A DNA stretch of 64,000 nucleotides from Desulfosudaceae bacterium (GTDB lineage Bacteria; Desulfobacterota; Desulfobacteria; Desulfobacterales; Desulfosudaceae): contig CAXXDV010000001.1 of assembly GCA_963674745.2 (NCBI GenBank), positions 1,952,001 through 2,016,000 of the forward strand, in the 5' to 3' direction. Made by a program: the position numbers and the translations under genes. How positions within the stretch are numbered: position 1 is the first letter of the stretch; the number at the start of each line of letters is the position of its first letter. The notes under the pieces are model-generated. The model had not been told where the DNA came from. It saw nothing but the letters and a program-made list of their open reading frames with translations, and ran no database searches. Shown here piece after piece: positions 54,891 to 64,000 of the stretch.

Positions 54891-56048
54891 ATGAGCGATA
54901 ACCAAGCCGTAGAAGAAAAATTCAAGAAAGCCGCCGGTATCATTTCAAGCGCCGGTATGATCCCTTTTGCCATCACGGACACGCTGCTGGAAATCGTCAA
55001 ATTTTATCTCGATGAAGATGACGCTGATTTTGTCAACGCCGCTTTTGACGGCGCCAAATCAATGTCCATGGATCAGCTGGGACAAAAAACCGGTCTTCCC
55101 GAAGAAACCATTAAAGCCAGAGCGGATGCGCTGGCCAAAAAAGGCATGGTTTTCAACCAGCCCAACAGCAAGGGGGTTATGGTTTACCGGCTTCTGCCCT
55201 TGATACTGGTGGGGGCCTTTGAGTATACGTTCATGACGAAACTCCCCGAAGGCAAGGAGCGGGAGCCGCTGGAAAGGCTCGCCAAACTCTATCATACCCT
55301 TCTGATTGAACTGCGCGATAACATGCAGCGCAACTATGACAATCTGCTGCCCATATTTGAACAGCAGCCGCCGGTGGATCGGACCGTTCCGGTTTTTTCA
55401 ACAGAAGAAGGCGGTACCATCCCCATCAATAAAAGCGTCCAGGCCGAGGATACGGTCCTGCCGGCTCAGACGGTTGAAGAGATCATCGCCAAATATGATG
55501 ATATCGCCGTGGGTCACTGCTTTTGCAGGAATTACAATACGGTCCTGGGACATCAGTGCGAGATCAACGCGCCCAACGAAGTCTGCTTTACTTTCGGCAA
55601 GTCCGCCCGCCATACGGTGGCCCAGGGGTTTGCCAGGATGGTATCAAAGGATGAGGCCCTGGTCATTATGAAGCAGGCTGAAGAAGCCGGCCTGGTGCAC
55701 AAGGCCTTCCACAACGGTTTTAATATCAACAAAGATGAAAACAGCATCTGCAACTGCTGCAAGGACTGCTGTGATACCTTTACGCTCTGGCGCAACGGCG
55801 CCACCCCCATGGTGAATTCGACCAACTACCTTTCCATCATTGACGCCGCGGCATGTACCGGTTGCGGCATCTGCGTGGAACGGTGCCCGGTCGATGCCAT
55901 ATCGTTGAACAGTGATGATGTTGCCGAGCGGGTCGAAGAATACTGCATCGGCTGCGGCATCTGTGCCCGCTTCTGCCCGGTTGAAGCCATTTCCCTTAAA
56001 GAGGGCATGCGACGCGTCTATGTACCGCCGCCACGACTGCGGACTTAA
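54891..56048 (+). CDS. 4Fe-4S dicluster domain protein with N-terminal HTH-like and Cys-rich central domain
   Basis: CFCR..C..C, ICNCCKDCC, two CxxCxxCxxxCP ferredoxin motifs; AGGAG RBS before ATG 54891. Confidence 0.85.
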   Translation: MSDNQAVEEKFKKAAGIISSAGMIPFAITDTLLEIVKFYLDEDDADFVNAAFDGAKSMSMDQLGQKTGLPEETIKARADALAKKGMVFNQPNSKGVMVYRLLPLILVGAFEYTFMTKLPEGKEREPLERLAKLYHTLLIELRDNMQRNYDNLLPIFEQQPPVDRTVPVFSTEEGGTIPINKSVQAEDTVLPAQTVEEIIAKYDDIAVGHCFCRNYNTVLGHQCEINAPNEVCFTFGKSARHTVAQGFARMVSKDEALVIMKQAEEAGLVHKAFHNGFNINKDENSICNCCKDCCDTFTLWRNGATPMVNSTNYLSIIDAAACTGCGICVERCPVDAISLNSDDVAERVEEYCIGCGICARFCPVEAISLKEGMRRVYVPPPRLRT

Positions 56049-56073
56049 TTATTAAGTAGCCGGCTATTTTTCT

Positions 56074-59000
56074 GTGAACGAAACGAAAGATTCATATCAT
56101 TCTTCAGCTTTTTTTGATCGGCGCGACCACGATCTGCTCCATATGGTCAAGGAGATGCTGGCCAAAGACAAGGTCAGGCTGGAGGCACAACAGCGGTTTT
56201 TTCACGATCTCCATCCTCGCGGCATCAAGGAAATGGCCGAATCTAAAGGCCTGCGGATCGCCTACGCGGTAATCCATCTTCTGGAATCGCTTGAAAAAGG
56301 CCAGATGGAACGTCGTCTGGCCGCCTTGAGGGCTCTGCGCGACGAGGTGATGTGCAGCGACACCCAGGAAATGCGGCACAATACCGCCCGTATCCTGATC
56401 GAGATTATGAAGGAGATGGTCCGCGCCCGGGGCAGTTATCTCCGCCAGCTCGAACTGGCGCATGATTTCCGCATTGCGGCTTCAGGCAAGCCACGGGTGG
56501 TTCGAAGTTTTCTGCGGCATTACCATCTTCTTGAAATGCCGGAAGAATGGAACCAGGTTGCTTTTGATGACCACGTGCATGATGCCAACACCAAGGGCCG
56601 CAAATCACCCACCCATCTCATTATGGATGCCTGGATCAAGGGGATCCGGCGGTTGCGGGTGATATATTACAATTATATCCGCCCGGAAACGGCCCGGGAG
56701 CTGCTGGAAGCGGCCGAAATTATGGGGATTACGGTTCGGATTGGAATTGAATTCCCGGCATGCTTTTACCATCAGTTTGTCAATGTCATCTGGGTCCCTC
56801 GAGGTTTTGCGTCCCCGCGTGACTTTTTAAGGTTTCTGGCCAAGCCCGAGGTGCAGGGCCTCATGGAGGATGGGCGTGAAGTGTCCGCCTATGAACAGGC
56901 CTATGTTTTCGCCATCCTCGACGAGTTCAATCAGCGTCATCTGGCGGTCATGAACGAGGCGCTGGGGGTGGATTTACCGTCCTTAAACCTTGGCGAGTTC
57001 AGAACGTTTGTGGGAAGCGGTCAGGCATCTTTGCTCCATCTGGCCAAGTTTATTCATTCCCGACTTTATCCGCTCATGCGGGTCAAAGTGGAAGCCTTAC
57101 GTGAAACACACGATCTGGAAAACGATCCGGACCGGCAGAAAGAGATCCGGCGGACGATCACGACCATGAACCGCCTGGATTCGGAAAACCTTTATGAGCA
57201 ATATTTAAGTCCGGATAAGAACCCTTCGATTCCGGATGCCAACACCGTCCGTCCGTCCGGTATGCCGGCGCTTATGACCCTCTCGCCTCCGGAGTTGATT
57301 CAACGTCTGGTCAGTCTCCGTTCCGGATGCCGGATTACACTCAACCTGAGCCACTTGAAGGTCGAAGACGTCCTGGAAATTCTGTATGACTGCGGCGGCC
57401 GGATTACCCGGCTGGAAATTTTCAACCTCAAGGACTATGTAGCCGGCAAGGTGGATCAGATACCGCTGATCGACGATCTGCAGAACAGCCTCAATCGGGG
57501 GAACGTCATCCGGCTCAAACGCCTGATTATGGATATAATCGATAACCTTGAGGCGCGTGGAGACGGTAAACGGGTTCGCAGGTTCAGGCAGATCCTGGCT
57601 GATTTTGAAACGCTGAAGAACCTGTACGCGGTGACGGCTTTAAAATCAAGACTTGGAACGGATTCCACCGGTCATTCCCCCCGTCTTCACGGCATGGGGC
57701 TGGCGGTGGTTGATACGCTCCCCCTCAGAGCCCAGCGGGTGGTCCGGCAGCATTTGCAGAGCGGCCGCCTGGTCATTCCCTTTTATATGGATACCGATCT
57801 GGTGCTGACCTGTACGGAAAGGCGTTCACGATCCGGTCGGCCGTCCATGCTGATCCGTTTTTTAAGACGACTGCCGGGACTCGAATATTTTGGTTTTAAG
57901 AAGCAAACGGACTGGGCGGCACGTGAAGATTCCACCCGAATGGTTGATCCGGGAAATATCGTAACTCTGGGCGGCCAGGAACGGTGGGTCGGAAACGGCT
58001 TCTGGCTGGAACCGGAAGCGCCGGGCAAGGATCAAATTCACTATTCCTGGCGCTATGTTCGGACGGGGCTGAAAAACAGCCTCAAGGTGTTCATCGGATT
58101 TGTCCCTGCTTTTCTCACCTTTTTTTATACCCATCACTGGTGGCTGCTGGTTTACGGCGGCGCCTTTATCTGGTTCGGCATCACCGGCCTGCGCAACATC
58201 GTCCAATCGGTTATGGGCGGCGGCGGGTTGCGCCGTTCGCCTCTTCTGCACTGGAACAATTACGTCAGCTGGGATCGACTGACGGATTCGCTTATGTACA
58301 CCGGGTTTTCGGTGCCGCTGCTGGATTTTCTGGTCAAGACCCTGCTGCTCGACAGGGGCTTTGATATCAACACGACGACCAGCCCGGTGTTGCTTTATAC
58401 CATTATGGCGCTGGTCAACGGGGTTTACCTGACCAGCCACAACCTTTTCCGGGGATTGCCGAAAGAGGCGGCTTACGCCAACTTTTTCCGCAGCGTGGCC
58501 TCCATTCCGGTGGCTTTCGGGCTGAATGCCGTTGTCGGGCTGTTCTTGACTTTCGGGGGCGTGGAGAACAGCCGGGTGATCCTGCAGAGCTGGGCGGCCA
58601 TCATTTCCAAAACCGCTTCGGATTGCGTGGCCGGTGTCATCGAAGGCGTCGTTGACCGGGCCCGCAATATCGACAACCGTCTTGATGATTACTATCGCAA
58701 GCTGGACCAGTTTTTCAGCGTTTATGCCCGGCTGGAGATGTTGTTCCCTGAAACGGACGTTTATGATCTGCTTGATTTACCGGTGGAATGGTTTGCCGCC
58801 GCCACTGAAAAAGAGAAGGACAATATTAAAATTCTTATCATCAACGCCCTGGACATGCTCTATTTCTGGATGTATCAACCCCGTGCCAGGACCGCTTTCA
58901 GGCAGGTCCTGTGTGATATGCCGACCGAAGAACGCCGCATTTTCATAAAGGCCCAGCAGGTCCTGATCATGCAGAAAGAAATCAGCCTGATGTTTATTGA

Positions 59001-59142
59001 GGGCATTGCCGGCCGCAACTTTTCAAGGCCGTTGTCCTTTTTTCTGGAACGAACCGATGAGTATCTGGCGGCTATTGAGCGCATTGCCAGAGACCTCAAG
59101 TGTAACCCGGTTGACTCGCAACCGGACGGTGCCTGCGGGTAA
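56074..59142 (+). CDS. Large hypothetical protein with PHP-like metallohydrolase motifs and C-terminal membrane domain
   Basis: DDHVHD...G..SP..L...A...GI, GIEF, GTDSTG; several TM helices in the last third. Confidence 0.75.
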   Translation: MNETKDSYHSSAFFDRRDHDLLHMVKEMLAKDKVRLEAQQRFFHDLHPRGIKEMAESKGLRIAYAVIHLLESLEKGQMERRLAALRALRDEVMCSDTQEMRHNTARILIEIMKEMVRARGSYLRQLELAHDFRIAASGKPRVVRSFLRHYHLLEMPEEWNQVAFDDHVHDANTKGRKSPTHLIMDAWIKGIRRLRVIYYNYIRPETARELLEAAEIMGITVRIGIEFPACFYHQFVNVIWVPRGFASPRDFLRFLAKPEVQGLMEDGREVSAYEQAYVFAILDEFNQRHLAVMNEALGVDLPSLNLGEFRTFVGSGQASLLHLAKFIHSRLYPLMRVKVEALRETHDLENDPDRQKEIRRTITTMNRLDSENLYEQYLSPDKNPSIPDANTVRPSGMPALMTLSPPELIQRLVSLRSGCRITLNLSHLKVEDVLEILYDCGGRITRLEIFNLKDYVAGKVDQIPLIDDLQNSLNRGNVIRLKRLIMDIIDNLEARGDGKRVRRFRQILADFETLKNLYAVTALKSRLGTDSTGHSPRLHGMGLAVVDTLPLRAQRVVRQHLQSGRLVIPFYMDTDLVLTCTERRSRSGRPSMLIRFLRRLPGLEYFGFKKQTDWAAREDSTRMVDPGNIVTLGGQERWVGNGFWLEPEAPGKDQIHYSWRYVRTGLKNSLKVFIGFVPAFLTFFYTHHWWLLVYGGAFIWFGITGLRNIVQSVMGGGGLRRSPLLHWNNYVSWDRLTDSLMYTGFSVPLLDFLVKTLLLDRGFDINTTTSPVLLYTIMALVNGVYLTSHNLFRGLPKEAAYANFFRSVASIPVAFGLNAVVGLFLTFGGVENSRVILQSWAAIISKTASDCVAGVIEGVVDRARNIDNRLDDYYRKLDQFFSVYARLEMLFPETDVYDLLDLPVEWFAAATEKEKDNIKILIINALDMLYFWMYQPRARTAFRQVLCDMPTEERRIFIKAQQVLIMQKEISLMFIEGIAGRNFSRPLSFFLERTDEYLAAIERIARDLKCNPVDSQPDGACG

Positions 59143-59206
59143 CAGGCGGTTCTTGTCGCGGTAGCCGTTGCGGCTCGCTAAATAAAGCGTATCGCGCTGT
59201 TTAACG

Positions 59207-60409
59207 GTGCCGGCTCTTTTAACCATTGTGTTGTCCAAAAAAATGATTTATTACAGCCCCGCCAAGATGATCGGACGTTCTCGCATAATTGCCGCCGGTG
59301 TCATGTTCTTCCTGGTTGTTCTGGCTGGTTTAACAGACGTTTATGGCGCGGATTCGCCCGGCCTGAAAGGTTTGTCCCGGGGCATCGCAGCCGAGCGCTG
59401 GCCGGAGGCGGAATCTGTTTTCCATTCCGATCCCCGTTGGCTGGGCGGTGACGGCGCCAGCTCGATGGATCTTGGCGATGGCCGGGTGCTGTGGCTTTTC
59501 GGGGACAGCTTTGTCGATGTGTCGGGCACCGGTTCCCGGCACACCGCCACGCTGGTGAGAAATACCATCGCGGTGCAGACCGGTTATAACCCCTGCCTGG
59601 CATCGATGGATTTTGCCTGGAAAATGAAAGCCGACCGGCCGGTGGCGTTTTTTGCGAAAAGTGGAGATCCTGATACCTGGTACTGGCCGGCTTCGGGTAT
59701 CCTGATGGGTAAAAAGCTGCTGATTTTTCTGATGACGGTCCGAGCGGCTGACAACGCCCTGGGTTTTGAAACTTGCGGCTGGAAGGCCGCCTGGATAGAT
59801 AATCCGCAGGAACCGCCGGACGCCTGGAATCCGGTCTGGCTGATCAGCCCTCAATGTCGGAATCTGGTCGTAGGCGTCGGCAATCCGGTTCTGGAAAACG
59901 GTTTTTTGCATGTGTTTGCCGCCGACGGTCGCGACCTATCCATTTATCTGGCCCGCTGGCCCGCGGCCGCGGCTTTTTCCGGAACCCTGACCGCGCCTCA
60001 ATGGTGGACCGGGGAGACCGGGGCTCAATCCGGATGGGAAGCCATGACGGGGGCGAACGACGGGTTGCGGCCGGTTATGAAAGGCGGACAGATGGAGTTC
60101 TCGGTGACCCGCCGTTCTGAATCGGGCCGATATCGGCGGGTGCAGACCAAAAGCTTTTTAGACCCCTGCCTGGCGGTATCGACCGCTTCCGCCCTGACCG
60201 GGCCATGGACGGATGCCGGCTGCTTTTTTACCCCGCCGGAACAGGGCGATCCGGAACTGCTGATCTATGCCGGCAAGTCCCACCCCGCGCTTACCGGGGT
60301 GGATCTGGTGTTTTCCTACGTGGTCAATACCACCGCCCCGGAACGGCTTTTAACCGACATGAGCCTTTATTTCCCGATCATGCTGAAGGGAAAAATGCTA
60401 CCGGAATGA
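59207..60409 (+). CDS. Exported DUF4185/DUF5005-like beta-propeller protein
   Basis: Hydrophobic N-terminal signal, WLGGDGASS, LWLFGDSF, LVRN, WYWP, GPW, YAGKSHP; exact start uncertain. Confidence 0.65.
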   Translation: MPALLTIVLSKKMIYYSPAKMIGRSRIIAAGVMFFLVVLAGLTDVYGADSPGLKGLSRGIAAERWPEAESVFHSDPRWLGGDGASSMDLGDGRVLWLFGDSFVDVSGTGSRHTATLVRNTIAVQTGYNPCLASMDFAWKMKADRPVAFFAKSGDPDTWYWPASGILMGKKLLIFLMTVRAADNALGFETCGWKAAWIDNPQEPPDAWNPVWLISPQCRNLVVGVGNPVLENGFLHVFAADGRDLSIYLARWPAAAAFSGTLTAPQWWTGETGAQSGWEAMTGANDGLRPVMKGGQMEFSVTRRSESGRYRRVQTKSFLDPCLAVSTASALTGPWTDAGCFFTPPEQGDPELLIYAGKSHPALTGVDLVFSYVVNTTAPERLLTDMSLYFPIMLKGKMLPE

Positions 60410-60502
60410 AACAATATTTTGATGTTTAATCAAAAATTATTTATTAATTACAGATACCGCAAAAAAATATTATAAAGATACAAGCCGAAGAAAGGAAAAC
60501 CA

Positions 60503-61006
60503 ATGAAAGTAAAACTGGACACAAGCATGGGCGAGATCGAGTTGGAGCTTTTTGAAGACCAGGCTCCTAAAACAACAGCCAACTTCATTGAATATGTAAA
60601 GTCGGGCCACTACGACGGCACCATTTTTCACCGTGTCATCGATGGTTTCATGATTCAGGGCGGCGGAATGACCGCCGATATGGAGGAAAAACCGACCAGA
60701 GAGCCGATAGAAAATGAAGCTGAAAACGGGTTGAAAAACGACGCTTACACGGTGGCCATGGCCCGTACTTCGCATCCGGACAGCGCCACGGCCCAGTTTT
60801 TCATCAACGTCAAGAAAAACGATTTTCTGAATTTCAAATCCAAAAGCCCGGATGGATGGGGTTACGCGGTTTTCGGCAAGGTCGCCTCGGGCCATGGCGT
60901 GGTCAACAAAATCAAGGGCGTGGCCACCAGCAGAAAAGGCTATCATGAGGATGTACCCCAGAATCACATCGTGATCAACAAGGCGGAAATCGTTACCCCG
61001 GATTAA
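60503..61006 (+). CDS. ppiB: Cyclophilin-type peptidyl-prolyl cis-trans isomerase
   Basis: FHRVIDGFMIQGGG, AMART..PDSATAQFFIN, GYAVFGKV. Confidence 0.93.
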   Translation: MKVKLDTSMGEIELELFEDQAPKTTANFIEYVKSGHYDGTIFHRVIDGFMIQGGGMTADMEEKPTREPIENEAENGLKNDAYTVAMARTSHPDSATAQFFINVKKNDFLNFKSKSPDGWGYAVFGKVASGHGVVNKIKGVATSRKGYHEDVPQNHIVINKAEIVTPD

Positions 61007-61012
61007 TCGCAG

Positions 61013-61915
61013 ATGATGGTGCAATCCGAGCTGATGCCGCTTACCGAGCGGCTGTTTGTCGTTAACACGCCCACCCGGGGGCGGTTTCCCATGGCCTTTT
61101 CCTTTCTGGTCCTGGGCACGGAGATTCGTGCCCTGATTGACACCGGCTGCGGTTCCGTGGCCTGCCTGGATATTCTGAAAACTTATGATGTGGACGTGGT
61201 CATCAATTCCCACTGCCACCCCGATCATGTGGCCGGCAATCATCTGTTCGCCGGTAAAGAATTGTGGGTTCCCGAACAACGTCAGGCGGAAACAGGGGCC
61301 ATCAGCCGTCTTTCCCTACGGTTAATGGGCCCGAATGCTGATGCCCGGGGCGCCTGGGAACACTTTGTTCAAAACGGGTTGGGGATGCGGGCGTACACCC
61401 CCACCAGGACCTTCGGCGACGGTGAAGTTCTGGCTTTCGGCGGCCTGTCTCTTCAGGCGGTTCATACCCCCGGTCACCTGGACGATCACTACTGTTTTCT
61501 GGAACCGGAAGAAAACATCCTGCTTACCTTTGATATTGACCTGACCGGCTTCGGACCTTTTTACGGTAACCCGGAAGCGGATATCCCGTTGTTTAAAAAG
61601 TCACTGGACAGGGTGATGGAGATCAATCCCCGGGTTGTGATAAGCTCTCACCGCCTGCCGGTCACCGAAAATCTAACCGGAGAATTGTTGGCTTTTAAAG
61701 AAAAGTTCGACAGAAACGAAAAACGCATTGCCGCCGTACTGGACGTCCCCCGGGACCTGGATGAAATTTGCGAATTAAAACCTGTCTTCGGAAAGTACAT
61801 TCCCGGTCTGGAGGCGCTCTATCGTTTCTTTGAACGGTGCATGGTGGAGAAAAACCTGGAAGACATGATCCGGCAGGGCGGGATCAAGTTTCAGGATGGT
61901 AAATATTCTCTTTAA
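61013..61915 (+). CDS. MBL-fold metallo-hydrolase
   Basis: LIDTG, SHCHPDHVAG (HxHxDH), HTPGH, SSH. Confidence 0.9.
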   Translation: MMVQSELMPLTERLFVVNTPTRGRFPMAFSFLVLGTEIRALIDTGCGSVACLDILKTYDVDVVINSHCHPDHVAGNHLFAGKELWVPEQRQAETGAISRLSLRLMGPNADARGAWEHFVQNGLGMRAYTPTRTFGDGEVLAFGGLSLQAVHTPGHLDDHYCFLEPEENILLTFDIDLTGFGPFYGNPEADIPLFKKSLDRVMEINPRVVISSHRLPVTENLTGELLAFKEKFDRNEKRIAAVLDVPRDLDEICELKPVFGKYIPGLEALYRFFERCMVEKNLEDMIRQGGIKFQDGKYSL

Positions 61916-61932
61916 GGTTCCCAGGAGAAACC

Positions 61933-62484
61933 ATGAAAGAAGACCGGATCAGATGGAATAAGAAATACACCGACAGAGATTTGCCCATTGAGCCATCAGA
62001 CATTGTCCGTCGCTTCCATCATCTGGCAGAACCGGGCAGAGCCCTTGATATTGCCGCCGGGAACGGGCGGAACGCGATGTTTCTGGCCGAACAGGGCTTT
62101 GACGTGGTGGCCGCGGACATTTCCGAGCAGGGGTTGCGACGGATCGTCGGGGTTCACGAAAAACTTCATCCCCTGTGTGTTGATCTGGATATCTTCGAGA
62201 TCCCGGAGAAACGATTTCATTTGATTATAAACAATCTTTTTTTAAACCGCCGGCTGTATCCCTGGATCATTCGGGGCCTGGTCAAAGGTGGCATCCTGAT
62301 TTTTGAGACCTACATCGATTTTCCGGACAACGGTTCTCATCGACATTCCCCGGATTATCGCCTGGATGAGAACGAACTGCTGCGCGTTTTCGCGTCCCTT
62401 CATATCCTGTATTACGAAGAGACGGGAAGACGGATGGATGAAGGTGAGGCAAGGCTTGCCTCGCTTGTCGCGCAAAAAAAATAG
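61933..62484 (+). CDS. Class I SAM-dependent methyltransferase (TehB-like)
   Basis: ALDIAAGNGRNAMFLA..GFDV.A.DIS, GGILIFET. Confidence 0.88.
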   Translation: MKEDRIRWNKKYTDRDLPIEPSDIVRRFHHLAEPGRALDIAAGNGRNAMFLAEQGFDVVAADISEQGLRRIVGVHEKLHPLCVDLDIFEIPEKRFHLIINNLFLNRRLYPWIIRGLVKGGILIFETYIDFPDNGSHRHSPDYRLDENELLRVFASLHILYYEETGRRMDEGEARLASLVAQKK

Positions 62485-62500
62485 CGATCAGGAGATTACA

Positions 62501-62917
62501 TTGGAATTCAATAAAGACATGATTAAACAGGTGAACCAGAACCCGCTTTATCAGGCCATGGGGATAAGCATTGAAACAGCGGAAGGGGGGGTGGTTACCT
62601 CAAGCCTGAAACCGGAGCCGTCCATGTGCTGGCCTTTCCCGGGCCAGCCCCACGGGGGCGTGTTGTTCACCCTGATGGACACCACCATGGCCTGGGCCGC
62701 CATTTCAGGACAGGAAGAGGCCGGTTCCTGCACAACCATTCATCTGGATATTCAATATACCCGGCCTGCCCGGGGCGCGTCCTTTTCCTGTCGGGCGGAA
62801 GTCGTCTCCCAGACCACACGGATCAGCTTCCTGAGTGCTTCAATATATGATACCGACGGCCAGTTGCTGGCCACGGGACAGGGAACGTATCGGCTGATGA
62901 ACGCTTCAATCGTTTGA
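62501..62917 (+). CDS. PaaI-family hotdog thioesterase
   Basis: HGGVLFTLMDT motif, IQYTRPA; AGGAG RBS before the TTG at 62501. Confidence 0.88.
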   Translation: MEFNKDMIKQVNQNPLYQAMGISIETAEGGVVTSSLKPEPSMCWPFPGQPHGGVLFTLMDTTMAWAAISGQEEAGSCTTIHLDIQYTRPARGASFSCRAEVVSQTTRISFLSASIYDTDGQLLATGQGTYRLMNASIV

Positions 62918-62925
62918 GACGGATA

Positions 62926-63867
62926 ATGGAAACCAGAAGATCATTTCTTAAAAAGAGCATGATGGGTTGCCTGGCAGTTTCGCTGCCGGGGCTGACTGCA
63001 TGTGCCGCGCCCGGTACAAGGCCGGGTATTAAAAATAGGATACCCGGAAAAGCCCTTGTCCTCTGGTACAGCCAGACAGGCCATACCGGTCGTATCGGGA
63101 AGGTTATCGGGTATGAATGGCGGAAAGCGGGTCTGACCGTGGATTTGTGCGATTACCGCGATATCGCGCCTTCAAAGCCGGCAGGATATGATCTGGTCGC
63201 CCTGGGCTCGCCTGTTTACTATATGGACGTGCCGGATAATCTTCGGGAATGGATTCGTGGGGTGCCGGCTATGGAGGGCATACCGGTTGCGGCTTTTGTG
63301 ACCTATGGCGGTCATGGAGACGGTCAGCACAATACGGCCTGCGGTATTCTGGAAGAAATGGCCCGCAAAGGAGCGGTCCCGGTGGGGATGGACACTTTCG
63401 GTAATATGTCGACTTTTGCGCCCACCTGGTCCATGGGTAATGAAAAACGGATTTTAGAATATAAAGACCGGCCCAATGAGCAAACCTATGCCCGGGCGCA
63501 ACAGTTTGCCATTGACCTTCTGGAAAAAGTCCGGGCAGGTCGGATTTTAGAGATTGACCGGGAATTCGGGATGGACACGCTGGGCAGGCTTATACCACAG
63601 GTCTGGTTTACCAAGTTGTTGATCACCAATCATCATATTGATACAGGGGAGTGTATTGAATGCGGCCTGTGTCAGGAAAAATGTCCGGTGGCGGCTATCG
63701 ATCTGCAAAACAACACGATTGATCATCATGCCTGCCTGGCCTGTATGGGGTGTATCAACAACTGTCCGGTCGGAGCTGTCAGGATGACATTTATGGGCAG
63801 AGATGTATACGGTTTTCAGACGTTCTTAAAGCAGCATCAGATAAAGATCATGGAACCTGAACTTTAA
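62926..63867 (+). CDS. EFR1-type flavodoxin-ferredoxin fusion with twin-arginine signal
   Basis: TRRSFLK Tat motif and LTAC lipobox-like site; YSQTGHT flavodoxin loop, GSPVY, TYGG; two CxxCxxCxxxCP motifs. Confidence 0.85.
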   Translation: METRRSFLKKSMMGCLAVSLPGLTACAAPGTRPGIKNRIPGKALVLWYSQTGHTGRIGKVIGYEWRKAGLTVDLCDYRDIAPSKPAGYDLVALGSPVYYMDVPDNLREWIRGVPAMEGIPVAAFVTYGGHGDGQHNTACGILEEMARKGAVPVGMDTFGNMSTFAPTWSMGNEKRILEYKDRPNEQTYARAQQFAIDLLEKVRAGRILEIDREFGMDTLGRLIPQVWFTKLLITNHHIDTGECIECGLCQEKCPVAAIDLQNNTIDHHACLACMGCINNCPVGAVRMTFMGRDVYGFQTFLKQHQIKIMEPEL

Positions 63868-63921
63868 GGGTGCCTGACACTTCGCCCCTCGGATCCCTCA
63901 TGCGCAAACTACGACGTCTAT

Positions 63922-64000
63922 CCTCCGCAGCAACAAGCTACTGCGGAGGGCTTCAGCGCCTTCCGCTACATAAAACTTAAAACCTTAACACTTAAAACCC
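63922..64000. repeat. Hairpin followed by short AAAAC(C)TT-type tandem repeats running off the window end
   Basis: CCTCCGCAG-caacaagcta-CTGCGGAGG, then cataaaacttaaaaccttaacacttaaaaccc. Confidence 0.5.

Overview
A 64-kb chromosomal window from an anaerobic Desulfobacterota-like bacterium, probably Desulfobacterales. The taxonomy is inferred from gene content, gene order and rRNA style, not from a search. Order of contents: (1) the 3' end of carB and a roughly 14-kb nitrogen-assimilation region: Cache-type sensor kinase, sigma-54 response regulator, sigma-54 promoter, orphan ORF, gdhA, a PEP-synthase-like ATP-grasp protein, a stand-alone FMN glutamate-synthase-family gene with a dual-hairpin ANTAR antitermination leader, an XRE-cupin regulator and a GAF-ANTAR protein; (2) core genes ldcA-like, serine hydrolase, mreBCD-mrdA-rodA, bactofilin, atpF'FHAGDC, a half-length GlmU, zapB-zapA-6S RNA-rny and tyrS; (3) a cobalamin riboswitch ahead of a divergent TrpD-like phosphoribosyltransferase and a Zn-dependent dehydrogenase; (4) a complete rRNA operon (16S-Ile-Ala-23S-5S); (5) thiolase, a small decaying AT-rich islet, a FadR-glpD-FGGY kinase-alkyl-DHAP-synthase-like operon and assorted accessory genes. 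The best candidate for an undescribed system is the nitrogen module, where two otherwise unrelated proteins share a P-loop-degenerate KaiC/RecA-like N-terminal domain and sit around an ANTAR-controlled glutamate-synthase-like gene. The second candidate is the B12-riboswitch-controlled TrpD-like/MDR pair. All assignments come from reading motifs; no database searches were run.
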